Origin: a bacterium
Lineage (GTDB): Bacteria; Zhuqueibacterota; Zhuqueibacteria; Zhuqueibacterales; Zhuqueibacteraceae
Direction of reading: 5' to 3'
DNA: 64,000 nt
Assembly (NCBI GenBank): GCA_044869275.1
Contig: JBIOXB010000143.1
Coordinates: 13,004 to 77,003 of the forward strand
Under the pieces are notes generated by a model. It made no database searches. It saw only the letters and a list, made by a program, of their open reading frames with translations, and was not told the origin of the DNA. Below, piece by piece: positions 38,621 through 48,496 of the stretch; positions within the stretch are counted from its first letter, which is position 1; the number at the start of each line of letters is the position of its first letter. The position numbers and the translations under genes are program-made.

Positions 38621-38787
38621 ATACAATTTCCCTTTGCGTTTTCAATGGTAGGATCGCATGCTGGTCGTGCGGGGCGAGGTCCAAGCAGATCTGAAACCCG
38701 TCTTACCAAACCTCGCGCGGGCAGACGCCCGGCCCTGTACTGCAATTGAAAACGCCGCCCTGAAAAAGAAAACAGCGCCGCTGCGCA

Positions 38788-38988
38788 TCAACTCTTCAAA
38801 CTGACCTTGTAACTTGCTCTGTTCTTGGCGATGCTGATTTTGCCTTCACGCGCCAGCCAGCCGAGCGCCAGCCACAGCATTTTTTCGTCCGCATTTGTGG
38901 CTTTTTTGAGTTGCGGAATACTCAACCCTTCCTTGCCCTGCAAAGCTTGCCAGGCCTTGCCGGCGGTTTCACCAATCAAAGTAACCAT
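38788..38988 (-). CDS. Small winged-helix protein (DUF2582-like)
   Basis: IGETAGKAWQAL...LALGWLAREGKI; AAGGAGGAG RBS. Confidence 0.85.
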   Translation of the reverse strand: MVTLIGETAGKAWQALQGKEGLSIPQLKKATNADEKMLWLALGWLAREGKISIAKNRASYKVSLKS

Positions 38989-39127
38989 GACTCCTCCTTG
39001 AGTAAAACTCATTGAAATTTCCAGCGCATGACGCCCCTGAAATCAATTTATAAGCATTCGCCTTTCGAATGTCAAGAATTATTGCCTTAAAAAAGTGCTT
39101 GCGCGCCGGGCGATTTTTTTGTAAGTT

Positions 39128-39155
39128 GGAAACTGAAGAAACTATTATGGTTTCC
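39128..39155. promoter_or_regulatory. Candidate TetR operator
   Basis: GAAAC-TATTATG-GTTTC palindrome plus a second GAAACT copy, just upstream of the TetR gene. Confidence 0.45.
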
Positions 39156-39190
39156 TATGTATCCTGCTGATCTTCCCTTCGTATTAGGTG

Positions 39191-39844
39191 ATGGACGCCA
39201 AACCGGACAACGCCGGCGCCGAAGTGCGCACACGCATCCTGCTCAAGGCCAAAGAGAAATTTTCCACGCTGGGCTATCCCAAAACCGCGATGGCCGAAAT
39301 CGCGGCCGAATTGGGGATGAGCAAAAAAACGCTGTACAAGTTTTTTGCCACGAAAAAGAAACTGGCAGAAGCGATGATCGAAGACAATTTCGAGCAGGTC
39401 AATCGCCAATTCGACGAAATTCTGGCCAGCCCGTTGCCCGCCATCGAAAAACTGCACGGCATCGTCGCCTTCCTGGTCGAAAAGCAGCAGCGTATCATGA
39501 CCAAGGCCATGCTCGAGGGCCTGTATCAGCACTTGCCGCATCTCTGGCGGCGCATCGAAAAATTCCGGCGCGCGCGCATGCAAAAAAACATGCAGGCCAT
39601 CATCACTCAGGCTTTGCAGGAAGGCACGATCCGCGACACTTTCAATTGCGACATGTTTCTGCATTTTCTTTTGGGCGCGATTCAAGAGGGCCTGTGCGCG
39701 GAAGTGCTGGTGCACGCCTCCTATTCGACGGGCGAGGCCATCCAAGGGTTAATTGATTTGTTTTTGAACGGTATCCTGACACCCGCCGGGCGCAGGCAAT
39801 ATCGACGCTTGAACGCGGGAGCCCCGGCCGCCTTTAAACCTTGA
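39191..39844 (+). CDS. TetR/AcrR family regulator
   Basis: FSTLGYPKTAMAEIAAELGMSKKTLYKFFATK helix-turn-helix; heads the efflux operon. Confidence 0.92.
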   Translation: MDAKPDNAGAEVRTRILLKAKEKFSTLGYPKTAMAEIAAELGMSKKTLYKFFATKKKLAEAMIEDNFEQVNRQFDEILASPLPAIEKLHGIVAFLVEKQQRIMTKAMLEGLYQHLPHLWRRIEKFRRARMQKNMQAIITQALQEGTIRDTFNCDMFLHFLLGAIQEGLCAEVLVHASYSTGEAIQGLIDLFLNGILTPAGRRQYRRLNAGAPAAFKP

Positions 39845-39880
39845 ACAGGTTGTGACCAAAGATTCTCCAGGAGAACCGGC

Positions 39881-41197
39881 ATGAAAGCAATGCGGTGTGC
39901 GATTATCATGCTTATCATCGTCAACCGGCTTGCCGCACAAACTCCGCTGGCATTGGACGAAGCTCTGCGGCTGGCATCACAAAACAGTTTTGCGTTGCGC
40001 AAGCAAGCGCAAAAGCAAAAACAAGCGGAATTGGAGGTTGCGATTAAACGCGGCCAGCGTTTGCCCGCCGTGGAGGCCAGCGCGACCGCAGCCTATACCA
40101 GTGAGCTTGCCAAATTTGAATTTCCCTTTCCGCTGCCGGGCGGGCAACAACCGAGCGTCGAGCTGCATCTGTTCGATCGCCGGGAAGTCTCGATTGGCGT
40201 GCGCCAGCCCCTTTTCACCGGCTGGCGTTTGACCACCCAGGTCGATCTTGCCAAAACCGCGCAGGCCTCCGAAGAAACGCGCCTGGCGCTCCTGCAACAG
40301 CAGACGGCTTATCAAGTGCACTTGCTTTTTTATCAGGCGCAAAACTCAAAGAAAGAATATCAGATTCAGCAAGCCAGCCTGCAGCGTTTGGACGTACAGT
40401 TGGAGCAAGTACGCCATCTCTTCCACAGCGCGCAGGCGCTGGCATATGACACGCTGCAGGTGTTTAATCAAACCCTGCAAATCGGCATACAAATGGAGCA
40501 AGTGCAGCGTGATTTGCGCTTGTTGAACTTGCAGATGGCGCGGCTGCTGGACCTGCCCGAGATTCGCCCCCTGGCTGATTTGGCTTTGCCGGTTTTGCCC
40601 AATGCTCTCTTGCCACGCGACAGCGTCAAACAAGTTGCGCGGCAACATCGCCCGGAATTGCGCAGCGTCAATTTGGCGCAGCAAGCAGCACAATTGAATC
40701 GCAAGCTTGCGCGCGGCAATTATTTTCCCGAAATCGGCGCGGAGGCGCGCTATTATTACGCCAAGCCTGGCGTCAATCCTTTTGCCAATGAATGGATGGA
40801 CTACGCCACCGTCGGCGTGAATGCACAATGGAATTTGTGGCGCTGGAATCAGGATCGCAACCGCATACAAACCGCAACGGTGGAATTCAATCGTTTGCAG
40901 TTGGAAGAAGCAGAATTGCTGCGCGCGATCGACTACGAGGTGGAAAGAAGCTATGAGAACATGAAGCTGGCCGTGCAGCAAAACCGGCTGGCGGCGCAAT
41001 TGCTGGCGCAACAGCAGGAGCGTTATCGCATCATCACCACGCAGCAGCGCAACGGGCTGGCCACGACCAGCGACGTCATCATTGCCGAATCCGATTTGAC
41101 CTCGGCCGAGCTGCAAGAGCAGCGCACGTTGATTCAATATTACTTCGCGCAAACCGAGATGCAATTGGCGGCCGGCACGCTCGGCGCCTCGCAATAA
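39881..41197 (+). CDS. TolC family outer-membrane efflux protein
   Basis: Signal peptide, LALDEALRLA, two OEP repeats (RLPAVEA, QPLFTG, RPEL, YFPEI). Confidence 0.9.
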   Translation: MKAMRCAIIMLIIVNRLAAQTPLALDEALRLASQNSFALRKQAQKQKQAELEVAIKRGQRLPAVEASATAAYTSELAKFEFPFPLPGGQQPSVELHLFDRREVSIGVRQPLFTGWRLTTQVDLAKTAQASEETRLALLQQQTAYQVHLLFYQAQNSKKEYQIQQASLQRLDVQLEQVRHLFHSAQALAYDTLQVFNQTLQIGIQMEQVQRDLRLLNLQMARLLDLPEIRPLADLALPVLPNALLPRDSVKQVARQHRPELRSVNLAQQAAQLNRKLARGNYFPEIGAEARYYYAKPGVNPFANEWMDYATVGVNAQWNLWRWNQDRNRIQTATVEFNRLQLEEAELLRAIDYEVERSYENMKLAVQQNRLAAQLLAQQQERYRIITTQQRNGLATTSDVIIAESDLTSAELQEQRTLIQYYFAQTEMQLAAGTLGASQ

Positions 41198-41209
41198 CCG
41201 GAGAAGGAT

Positions 41210-42100
41210 ATGAAACGATTTCTTCTGTTCATGTTGCCGGCATTGGTGCTGCTCGCCGCGTGTCGTCAAAAAGAAAATTCCGTCTTCCAGGCGAGCGTCA
41301 TCATCGAAGGCACGGCGATCAAAGTGGCGGCGCAAACCGGCGGCTATCTGCTGCAAGTCAATGTGGATGAGGGCGACCGCGTCACCAGCGGGCAAACGCT
41401 GGCCACCGTCGATACGGAAAAGCTGGGTTACCAGCTTGAGCAAGTGCAGGCGAATCTCGAGGAATTGTCCGTGCAAAAACGCGTGGCCGAGAGCAATTTG
41501 CGCCGTGCCCGGGATGATTTCGAATACGCGCGCACGCGCTACGATCGCATTGCGGAGTTGTTCAAGCAAAACGCGGCCACCGAGCAGGCCCATGACGACG
41601 CCAAGATCAATTTCGAGCGCGCGCAGACCGCTTATGAAACGGCGCGGCAGAATCTGCAGGCGCTCACCAGCCGCCAGAAAGCGCTGGAGGCGCAAGGCAA
41701 GCTCCTGCAGCGCCAGATCAATGACGGTGTGATCAAAGCACCGCTCAACGGCACCATCACCACGCGCTATTTTAAAACCGGTGAGACCATTGCGCCGAAT
41801 GCGCCGCTGGTGGAGATCATCGATCTGGCGGAAATGTGGACGAAAGTTTATATTTCGGAAAAATACTTGCCGCGGGTGCGCATCGGACAAAACGCCACGA
41901 TCAAAATCGATGGCACCGACCAGACCATGACCGGCAAAGTGGCTTGGATCAACAACAAATCCGAATTCACGCCCAAAAACATTTTGACCGAAGAAAGCCG
42001 CACGGCGTTGGTTTATGCGGTGAAAGTCGAAGTGGAAAATCCCCAGGGCATTTTGAAACACGGCATGCCAGTGACGGTGGTGTTGCAGCCGGCGTCGTGA
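41210..42100 (+). CDS. HlyD family efflux periplasmic adaptor (YbhG-like lipoprotein)
   Basis: LAAC lipobox, VDEGDRV, IKAPLNG, SEFTPKNI, LKHGMP. Confidence 0.9.
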   Translation: MKRFLLFMLPALVLLAACRQKENSVFQASVIIEGTAIKVAAQTGGYLLQVNVDEGDRVTSGQTLATVDTEKLGYQLEQVQANLEELSVQKRVAESNLRRARDDFEYARTRYDRIAELFKQNAATEQAHDDAKINFERAQTAYETARQNLQALTSRQKALEAQGKLLQRQINDGVIKAPLNGTITTRYFKTGETIAPNAPLVEIIDLAEMWTKVYISEKYLPRVRIGQNATIKIDGTDQTMTGKVAWINNKSEFTPKNILTEESRTALVYAVKVEVENPQGILKHGMPVTVVLQPAS

Positions 42101-42157
42101 AGCGGGTTTTGAGGATGGGAGAGAGATGATCGAGGATCGCGAGCGCGGGATTACATG

Positions 42158-42201
42158 ATTACGCTTTACGCATCAATAAATACCTGATCCGTAAAGCGTG
42201 A
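42158..42201. repeat. Inverted tandem 7-mer hairpin
   Basis: TTACGCTTTACG...CGTAAAGCGTGA between hlyD and the first ATPase gene. Confidence 0.6.
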
Positions 42202-42223
42202 ATAGGTTTCAGGTTTCGACGCC

Positions 42224-43138
42224 ATGGCAGAAATCATCACCATCAAAAACTTCAGCAAAAATTACGGCACCATTGCTGCCGTGCAAAATGTTACGCTGTC
42301 GATTCAAAGCGGCGAATTGTTCGGCATGATTGGCCCGGACGGTGCAGGCAAAACCACCACCATGCGCACGCTGTGCACCCTGCTCACCTTGCAGGAAGGC
42401 GAAATGCACATCGCCGGTTACGATGTGCGCGTGCACGCGACCCAGATTCGCAGCCTGCTGGGTTACATGCCGCAGCGCTTTTCATTGTATCCCGATCTTT
42501 CCATCGAACAAAACTTGAACTTCTTCGCAGATTTGTTCGGCGTACCCGCGGCGGAGAAGAAGAAAAGAATGCCGCAGCTTTATCATTTCAGCAAACTCGA
42601 ACCGTTTAAGCATCGCCTGGCCAAACAGCTTTCCGGCGGCATGAAGCAAAAGCTCGCACTGTCTTGCACGTTGATTCACACCCCGCAAGTTTTGATTCTC
42701 GACGAGCCGACCACGGGCGTGGATCCGGTTTCGCGCCGGGAGTTTTGGAACATCTTGCAGCAATTGCGCGAACAAGGCGTGACCATTCTCGTTTCGACGC
42801 CTTACATGGACGAAGCCTTGCTTTGCGATCGCGTGGCGTTCATGCACAAAGGCCGTGTGCTCGCGCTCGATGAGCCGCGCGCGATCACAAAGCACTTTCC
42901 CTATGCGCTGTACGAAGTCGTCGTGGCTCAGCCCCAGCTTTTGGTTTCTTATTTCATAAATGTCTCGAACAGCCAGTCCGTGCAAATTTTCGGCGACCGC
43001 TTGCATGTGAGTTTCAAATCGGAGCTACCGCCAGAGGCGGTGGCCGAAATCATGAGAAATGCACCGTATGCCATCGCCGACTTTAAAAAAATCGAGGCAG
43101 GAATTGAAGATACTTTCATGGAGTTGATGAAGCATTGA
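42224..43138 (+). CDS. ABC transporter ATP-binding protein (YbhF N-terminal-half type)
   Basis: GPDGAGKTT, LSGGMKQK, LDEPTTGVDPVSRREFW, STPYMDEA. Confidence 0.92.
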   Translation: MAEIITIKNFSKNYGTIAAVQNVTLSIQSGELFGMIGPDGAGKTTTMRTLCTLLTLQEGEMHIAGYDVRVHATQIRSLLGYMPQRFSLYPDLSIEQNLNFFADLFGVPAAEKKKRMPQLYHFSKLEPFKHRLAKQLSGGMKQKLALSCTLIHTPQVLILDEPTTGVDPVSRREFWNILQQLREQGVTILVSTPYMDEALLCDRVAFMHKGRVLALDEPRAITKHFPYALYEVVVAQPQLLVSYFINVSNSQSVQIFGDRLHVSFKSELPPEAVAEIMRNAPYAIADFKKIEAGIEDTFMELMKH

Positions 43139-43268
43139 GGGTCGAAGATTGAGGAGGGAGGATGGAAGATCGAGGTTCGAGGATCGAGGATTGTCACAAC
43201 CTGGCCATCATCGATCTTCTATCCTCAATCTTCCATCATCGATCTTCCATCCCTACCTTCAATTCTCG
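43136..43268. repeat. Inverted tandem 7-mer hairpin (TCGAGGA)n...(TCCTCGA-like)n
   Basis: About eight degenerate heptamers, a spacer, then about eight complementary heptamers; same unit family as 56731-56843. Confidence 0.85.
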
Positions 43269-43285
43269 GACAATTGCACATTTGA

Positions 43286-43463
43286 CTAGTACTACAACGT
43301 TAAGTTCACATTTATGCGCTAATAACAGCATGTCATTCTGTAAGAATCTTCCCATGATTCAATGTCACAGCCCAATTTGGCATTGTGCCCAGCGCTTGGG
43401 AAGATCCCGAAGCCTCGGGATGACATGCTTGGTGGTGGCGTTGACTTAACGCTCTAGTACTAG
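43286..43463. mobile_element. MITE-like element with nested REP-like hairpin
   Basis: 24-bp terminal inverted repeats (CTAGTACTACAACGTTAAGTTCAC versus the reverse complement of 43440-43463, 20/24 match) enclosing AGCATGTCATTCTG...CGGGATGACATGCT. Confidence 0.65.
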
Positions 43464-43478
43464 CCAGAGAAGACACAC

Positions 43479-43702
43479 ATGCACAGCATTCTCATCACCG
43501 GCGCCACGGATTTATTGGGACAGGATCTGGTGCAACTGGCGCGGGAGGCACGCTATGATATCCGAATCATGAGCCGGCGCTCCCGCCCGGCAAAGTTGCG
43601 CTTGCGTTCCGCCGTGGCGAGAAGACGACGCCGGAACATGCGGAAGGCAAAGTTACATGGCAAGAATGGCTAAAGCTGCGTTATGGCGCGAATTCAATTT
43701 AG
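43479..43702 (+). pseudogene. Atypical SDR/NAD(P)-binding oxidoreductase with a large internal deletion
   Basis: The N-terminus MHSILITGATDLLG...IRIMSRR (glycine motif damaged) joins out of frame at about 43586 to the C-terminus PGKVALAFRRGEKTTPEHAEGKVTWQEWL. Confidence 0.7.
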
Positions 43703-43712
43703 GCAAACCAGC

Positions 43713-44120
43713 ATGCATAAAGTCACGAGGTATGGCGTGTTCATCGTGGTGGGACACTTGATCGTTTTGTCTCTCCATGCCATGGCACACGTGCAACTGG
43801 CGGTATATGCCTCCTGGCTCGGCAACGTGTTTATTGTTTTGGTGATCTGGCTCGCGCCGCTCGTAGCGATGTTCTTGCTACTGCAGCAGCGCTTGCGCGC
43901 CGGCGTCGTTTTGCTTGGGGGTGCGATGCTTGGCTCTTTGCTGTTTGGAGTGTATCATCATTTTGTCGCCCTCAGTCCGGATCACGTAAGCCATGTGCCC
44001 GCCGGTAAAGCGCGTGCGTTGTTTCAGGTCACCGCCGTGCTGCTCGCTGTTTTTGAGACGTTTGGGTGCGGCTATGCCCTCTGGAGTTGGCGGGGCTTGC
44101 AGAAAGCAGAATATGCCTGA
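43713..44120 (+). CDS. His-rich four-TM hypothetical membrane protein
   Basis: Four hydrophobic helices with H-x6-H-x3-H and YHHF...PDHVSH; stop overlaps the next ATG region. Confidence 0.7.
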   Translation: MHKVTRYGVFIVVGHLIVLSLHAMAHVQLAVYASWLGNVFIVLVIWLAPLVAMFLLLQQRLRAGVVLLGGAMLGSLLFGVYHHFVALSPDHVSHVPAGKARALFQVTAVLLAVFETFGCGYALWSWRGLQKAEYA

Positions 44121-44838
44121 ATACGCGGTGCAAACCGAGAATCTCGGCAAACGCTTCGGACAATTCGAAGCCGTAAAAAACCTCAATCTCGCCGTGCCTG
44201 AAGGGGAAATCTTTGGCTTCCTCGGCGCGAATGGCGCCGGCAAAACCACTGCCATTCGCATGCTGTGCGGCTTGCTGCTGCCTTCTTCGGGCACGGGCAA
44301 AGTCGCGGGGTTCGATATTCTCACCGAAAACGAGAAGATCAAGCAGCGCATCGGCTACATGAGCCAAAGATTCTCTTTATATGAAGATTTGACTCTGGCG
44401 GAGAACATCGAGTTTTATGGCGGGGTCTATGGCTTGCAGCGCGGCGCCCTGCTGGCGAAACGCGCGCAACTTTTGCAGGAATTGGAGCTTGCGGAACAGG
44501 CGGATATGATCACGCGTTCCTTGCCCCTGGGATACAAACAAAGATTGGCGCTCGGCTGCGCTTTGTTGCACGATCCGGAAATCGTCTTTCTTGACGAGCC
44601 CACCGGCGGCGTCGATCCCGAAGCGCGCCGGAATTTTTGGGATCTGATTTATGCCATGGCGCAACGCGGCAAAACCATTTTCGTCACCACGCATTACATG
44701 GACGAAGCGGAATACTGCAACCGCGTTTCCATCATGTACGCCGGTGAAATTATCGCCTTGGGTTCCCCGCTGGCGTTGAAACAGAAGTACGCGAAATCGT
44801 CGATGCAGGAGGTTTTCATTCTTTTGGTAGATCGCTGA
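44113..44838 (+). CDS. ABC transporter ATP-binding protein (YbhF C-terminal-half type)
   Basis: GANGAGKTT, LPLGYKQRLAL, LDEPTGGVDP, TTHYMDEAEYC. Confidence 0.92.
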   Translation: MPEYAVQTENLGKRFGQFEAVKNLNLAVPEGEIFGFLGANGAGKTTAIRMLCGLLLPSSGTGKVAGFDILTENEKIKQRIGYMSQRFSLYEDLTLAENIEFYGGVYGLQRGALLAKRAQLLQELELAEQADMITRSLPLGYKQRLALGCALLHDPEIVFLDEPTGGVDPEARRNFWDLIYAMAQRGKTIFVTTHYMDEAEYCNRVSIMYAGEIIALGSPLALKQKYAKSSMQEVFILLVDR

Positions 44839-45040
44839 CGGGGAGTGGGGGAGTGGGAGACTGGGAGACTGGGAGACTGGGAGACTTGGAGACTGGGAGA
44901 CTTGGAGACTGGGAGACTGGGAGAGAGGGTGAGAGGGAGGAAAACCATACGGCGCTTTTGCTCACCCACTCACCCACTCACCCCGTCTCCCCGTCTCCCA
45001 GTCTCCCTTTCACCCACTCTCCCCGTCACCCACTCTCTAA
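44839..45040. repeat. Inverted tandem 8-mer hairpin (GGGAGACT)n...(CCCGTCTC/CACCCACT)n
   Basis: About ten GGGAGACT-type units, a spacer, then pyrimidine-rich complementary octamers. Confidence 0.9.
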
Positions 45041-45067
45041 CTCATGACCATTACTTTAGGAAGTGAA

Positions 45068-46168
45068 ATGCGAACGCGCATCCTTTCCCTCATTCGCAAG
45101 GAATTCATTCACATCCGGCGGGATTTCCGCACGCTGCTGATCATTTTCATGATGCCGGTGATCCAGCTCTTCATGTTCGGCTATGCCATCAACATGGAGA
45201 TTCAAAAAATCGATCTGGTGGTGATCGATCATTCCCGCACGCCTGCTAGCCGCGATCTGGTGCGTGCATTCCAAGGCAGTAAGTATTTCGCAACGAAACT
45301 CTTTAACGGCCGCGCTTCCGGCATCGAGCAGCTTTTTCAAAAACGGGAGGCGCAGGTGGCGTTGATGATCCCACAGGATTTCGGCGAAACCCTGGCACGC
45401 GCCACACCGACCATCGTGCAAATTCTGATCGACGCCGGCGATTCCAATTCCGCGCAGTCCATGCGTAATTATACCGAAGCCGTGCTGCAATCGTTCAATT
45501 TCGACCGAGGGCTGAGAGTGCCTTTGGACGTGCGCACCACGATTCAGTACAACCCGGCTTTGAAAAGCAGCTATTTCTTTGTGCCCGGCCTGGTGGCGCT
45601 GATTTTGATGATGATCTCGGCTTTGCTCACCAGCATCACCATCGCGCGCGAAAAAGAGACCGGCACCATGGAGCAGATTCTGGTTTCGCCGGTGCGGCCG
45701 ATCGAAATCATACTCGGCAAAGTCGTGCCTTACATCGCGCTGGCGTTCATCGACGGTATCATCGTGCTGCTGGTGGCGCATTTCTGGTTCGAAGTTCCGG
45801 TGCGCGGCAGCGTGCCGGTCATTTTGCTCTCCTGCCTGCTTTTCGTTTTCGTAGCGCTGGCCCTGGGCTTGCTGATTTCCACCCGCGCGCGCACGCAGCA
45901 AGTCGCGATGATGGCCGCATTGATGGCCTCCATGCTGCCGACGGTGATGCTTTCGGGTTTTATTTTTCCCATAAACGCTTTGCCCAAACCGCTGCAATGG
46001 ATTTCAAACATTGTCCCGGCAAAGTATTTCCTGCAAATCATCCGCGGCATGATGCTCAAGGGCAATACCGCGGCCGAACTGTGGCTGCCCCTCACCGTGC
46101 TCGGGGGCATGGGATTGTTTTTCACGTTGGTGAGCGCTAAGAAGTTCAGGATGACGCTGGAAGGCTGA
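45068..46168 (+). CDS. ABC-2 permease (YbhS-like)
   Basis: KEFIHIRRD, YNPALKS...VPGL, AREKETGTMEQILVSP. Confidence 0.9.
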   Translation: MRTRILSLIRKEFIHIRRDFRTLLIIFMMPVIQLFMFGYAINMEIQKIDLVVIDHSRTPASRDLVRAFQGSKYFATKLFNGRASGIEQLFQKREAQVALMIPQDFGETLARATPTIVQILIDAGDSNSAQSMRNYTEAVLQSFNFDRGLRVPLDVRTTIQYNPALKSSYFFVPGLVALILMMISALLTSITIAREKETGTMEQILVSPVRPIEIILGKVVPYIALAFIDGIIVLLVAHFWFEVPVRGSVPVILLSCLLFVFVALALGLLISTRARTQQVAMMAALMASMLPTVMLSGFIFPINALPKPLQWISNIVPAKYFLQIIRGMMLKGNTAAELWLPLTVLGGMGLFFTLVSAKKFRMTLEG

Positions 46169-46173
46169 AGCTT

Positions 46174-46247
46174 AGTATTCAGTGTCCAGTATTCAGTCAG
46201 TTCGCTTGAACTGTACACTGATCACTGAATACTGGATACTGGATACT
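46174..46247. repeat. Inverted tandem 7-mer hairpin (AGTATTC)n...(ACTGGAT)n
   Basis: AGTATTC AGTGTCC AGTATTC AGT...ACTGTAC ACTGATC ACTGAAT ACTGGAT ACTGGAT between the two permeases. Confidence 0.85.
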
Positions 46248-46264
46248 TTTACTCAAACACAATC

Positions 46265-47368
46265 ATGCAACGCATTCTCTACCTGATCCAAAAAGAATTC
46301 CGCCAGATCTTTCGCGACCGGGCGATGGTGGCGATTATGTTCTTTGCACCGATCGTGCAAACCATCGTGCTCGGCTTTGCCATGACCACCGACGTCAAGA
46401 ACGTGAAGGTGATCATTTATGACGCCGACAACAGCACTGCCAGCCGCGAGCTGTGCCGGCGCTTCGTCAATAATCCCTATTTCCGTTTTGTGGGGTATGC
46501 GCCAGGTCCGGGCGGCATTTATCATGCTCTGCAGAATTGGCAAGCGCAGCTCGGCATTTTCATTCCATGGGATTTTGATGAAAAGCTCGGGCGGGGCCTC
46601 ATGCCCGAGCTGCAAATGATCGCCGACGGTCTGGACGGCAACACCGCCGGCATAGCCGTGGGATATGCGCAGGGCATTTTGGCCACGTACACGCAAGAGC
46701 TCCCGGGTTTCGCCGTGGCCAGCTCTCCAGTACGCAGCGAAACGCGCATGTGGTACAATCTCAATCTCGAGAGCAAAAACTACATGGTGCCCGGACTCAT
46801 TGGCTTGCTGCTCACCATTATCACCATGTTTTTGACCTCGATGGGGTTGGTGCGTGAAAAGGAAATTGGCACACTCGAACAACTGATGGTCACCCCGATC
46901 CTGCCTGCCGAGCTGATCATCGGGAAGGTTCTGCCGTTCATGGTCATCGGCTTCGTCGAAATCAATGTGGTTTTGGGGGTGGCTTTCCTGGTGTTCAAAC
47001 TGGTCATGGCGGGAAATTACTTTTTGCTCCTGGGCGTTTCCATGCTTTATTTCCTGACGACGCTGGGTCTGGGGATTTTCATTTCCACGCTGGTGGAGAC
47101 GCAACAGCAGGCTTTGTTTGTTTCGTGGTTCTTCCTGATCTTTCTCATGCTCATGTCCGGCTTTCTCACACCCGTTGCCAACATGCCGGTGTTTTGGCAG
47201 AAGGTCACGTATTTGAACCCGCTGCGTTATTATGTCAATCTCATTCGCGAGATCTTCTTGAAAGCCACGCCGCTGCAATATTTGTGGAACGAGATCATGC
47301 CACTGGCCGTTTTCGGGTTGCTCATCATCACCGCCAGCGCGATGAAATTTCACAAGCGCGTGAGTTGA
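46265..47368 (+). CDS. ABC-2 permease (YbhR-like)
   Basis: KEFRQIFRD, VPGL, VREKEIGTLEQLMVTP, SGFLTPVANMP. Confidence 0.9.
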   Translation: MQRILYLIQKEFRQIFRDRAMVAIMFFAPIVQTIVLGFAMTTDVKNVKVIIYDADNSTASRELCRRFVNNPYFRFVGYAPGPGGIYHALQNWQAQLGIFIPWDFDEKLGRGLMPELQMIADGLDGNTAGIAVGYAQGILATYTQELPGFAVASSPVRSETRMWYNLNLESKNYMVPGLIGLLLTIITMFLTSMGLVREKEIGTLEQLMVTPILPAELIIGKVLPFMVIGFVEINVVLGVAFLVFKLVMAGNYFLLLGVSMLYFLTTLGLGIFISTLVETQQQALFVSWFFLIFLMLMSGFLTPVANMPVFWQKVTYLNPLRYYVNLIREIFLKATPLQYLWNEIMPLAVFGLLIITASAMKFHKRVS

Positions 47369-47420
47369 AACCATGGAATCGATGGCATGGCGGAGAAACA
47401 ACAGACTCAGAGAATTTTAG

Positions 47421-47473
47421 CCTTTACACGTTACACCTTACACTTTACACGTGTAAGGTGTAACGTGTAAAGG
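47421..47473. repeat. Perfect 23-bp-stem hairpin built of TTACACN heptamers
   Basis: CCTTTACACGTTACACCTTACAC-TTTACAC-GTGTAAGGTGTAACGTGTAAAGG. Confidence 0.9.
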
Positions 47474-47489
47474 GTCATTGATCAAAAAA

Positions 47490-48320
47490 ATGCCGTCTTT
47501 CATATTGGGTATCGACGCCGCCTGGACCGCGCATCGACCTTCCGGCGTGGCGCTGTTGCACGCCACACCCAAAGCCAAGCCTCGCTTGCTTGCGGTGGCT
47601 CGTTCATATGAAGAATTCATCCAAATTGGAAAATTCTCCAGCCCAGATTGGCAATCGCGCATCACCGGCACGCCACCCGGCATGAACGAAGTATTGCGAG
47701 CATGTGAAAGAATGGCAGGCGCAGCGCCCAATATGATTGCCCTGGATATCCCGCTTTCAAACAAACCCCTTGCCGGCCGGCGTGCATGCGATAACGCTGT
47801 GACCTCTGCTTATGTGGCACGCGGCGCGGGCACGCACACGCCTTCTGAAAATCGTCCCGGCCCGATTTCAAAAGCGCTTTTTCGACAATTGCGCCGGGCC
47901 GGTTATCAATGGCTGACCGGCGATGCGCCCCTGCTCCTCAATTCGAAGCAAAACTACTTCGCCGAAACCTACCCTCATCCCGCGATCATCGAATTAATGC
48001 GTTTGCCCAAGCGCTTGGCTTACAAAACCTCGCGTTTGCAAAAATATTGGCCCGAGGCTACAACGGCGGAAAGATGGTGGCGCGTGTGCAGCAACCTCGA
48101 GCGCCTGCGACGGGCGCTGGCGCATGAAATTGCCGGCGTGCATCACATGTTGCCTACTGCGCGCCAAATCTTCAAACTGGGGAAACATGTGCTGCTCAAA
48201 AACTTCGAAGATGCATTGGACGCGGTGGTATGCGCTTGGATCGGAGTGCAAATACTGCGGGGGAGAGCGGTTGCTTATGGCGATCATACCGGCGCGATTT
48301 GGATACCGAAGGTTGATTGA
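47490..48320 (+). CDS. DUF429 family predicted RNase H-like nuclease
   Basis: ILGIDAAW...SGVA, IALDIPL, ETYPHPA, EDALDAVVCA. Confidence 0.8.
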   Translation: MPSFILGIDAAWTAHRPSGVALLHATPKAKPRLLAVARSYEEFIQIGKFSSPDWQSRITGTPPGMNEVLRACERMAGAAPNMIALDIPLSNKPLAGRRACDNAVTSAYVARGAGTHTPSENRPGPISKALFRQLRRAGYQWLTGDAPLLLNSKQNYFAETYPHPAIIELMRLPKRLAYKTSRLQKYWPEATTAERWWRVCSNLERLRRALAHEIAGVHHMLPTARQIFKLGKHVLLKNFEDALDAVVCAWIGVQILRGRAVAYGDHTGAIWIPKVD

Positions 48321-48348
48321 AACTCATAGCGGTTTTCATTTGTGTGAA

Positions 48349-48479
48349 TAGTACTACCACGTTCAGTTGGCCACACCTCCTTTTTGTCATTCAGGAGGAA
48401 ACAGCCTGTGTGAAAACTTGGAGATGCCGCACCCTGAGCTTGTCGAAGGGTGACACTTTCTTGGGCTTTCACACAACCT
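48349..48479. repeat. Partial MITE end plus REP-like nested hairpin
   Basis: TAGTACTACCACGTTCAGTT matches the 43287 terminal repeat at 18/20; then TGTGTGAAA...TTTCACACA encloses CACCCTGAGCTTGTCGAAGGGTG. Confidence 0.6.
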
Positions 48480-48496
48480 GAATGTAGAGGGTGATG

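Noticed and set aside
44694..45066. Short ORFs with WETGRLGD or SPSLPV repeats (also 43162-43449 and 56528-56809)
   Set aside because: They are translations of non-coding 7-8 bp tandem repeats.
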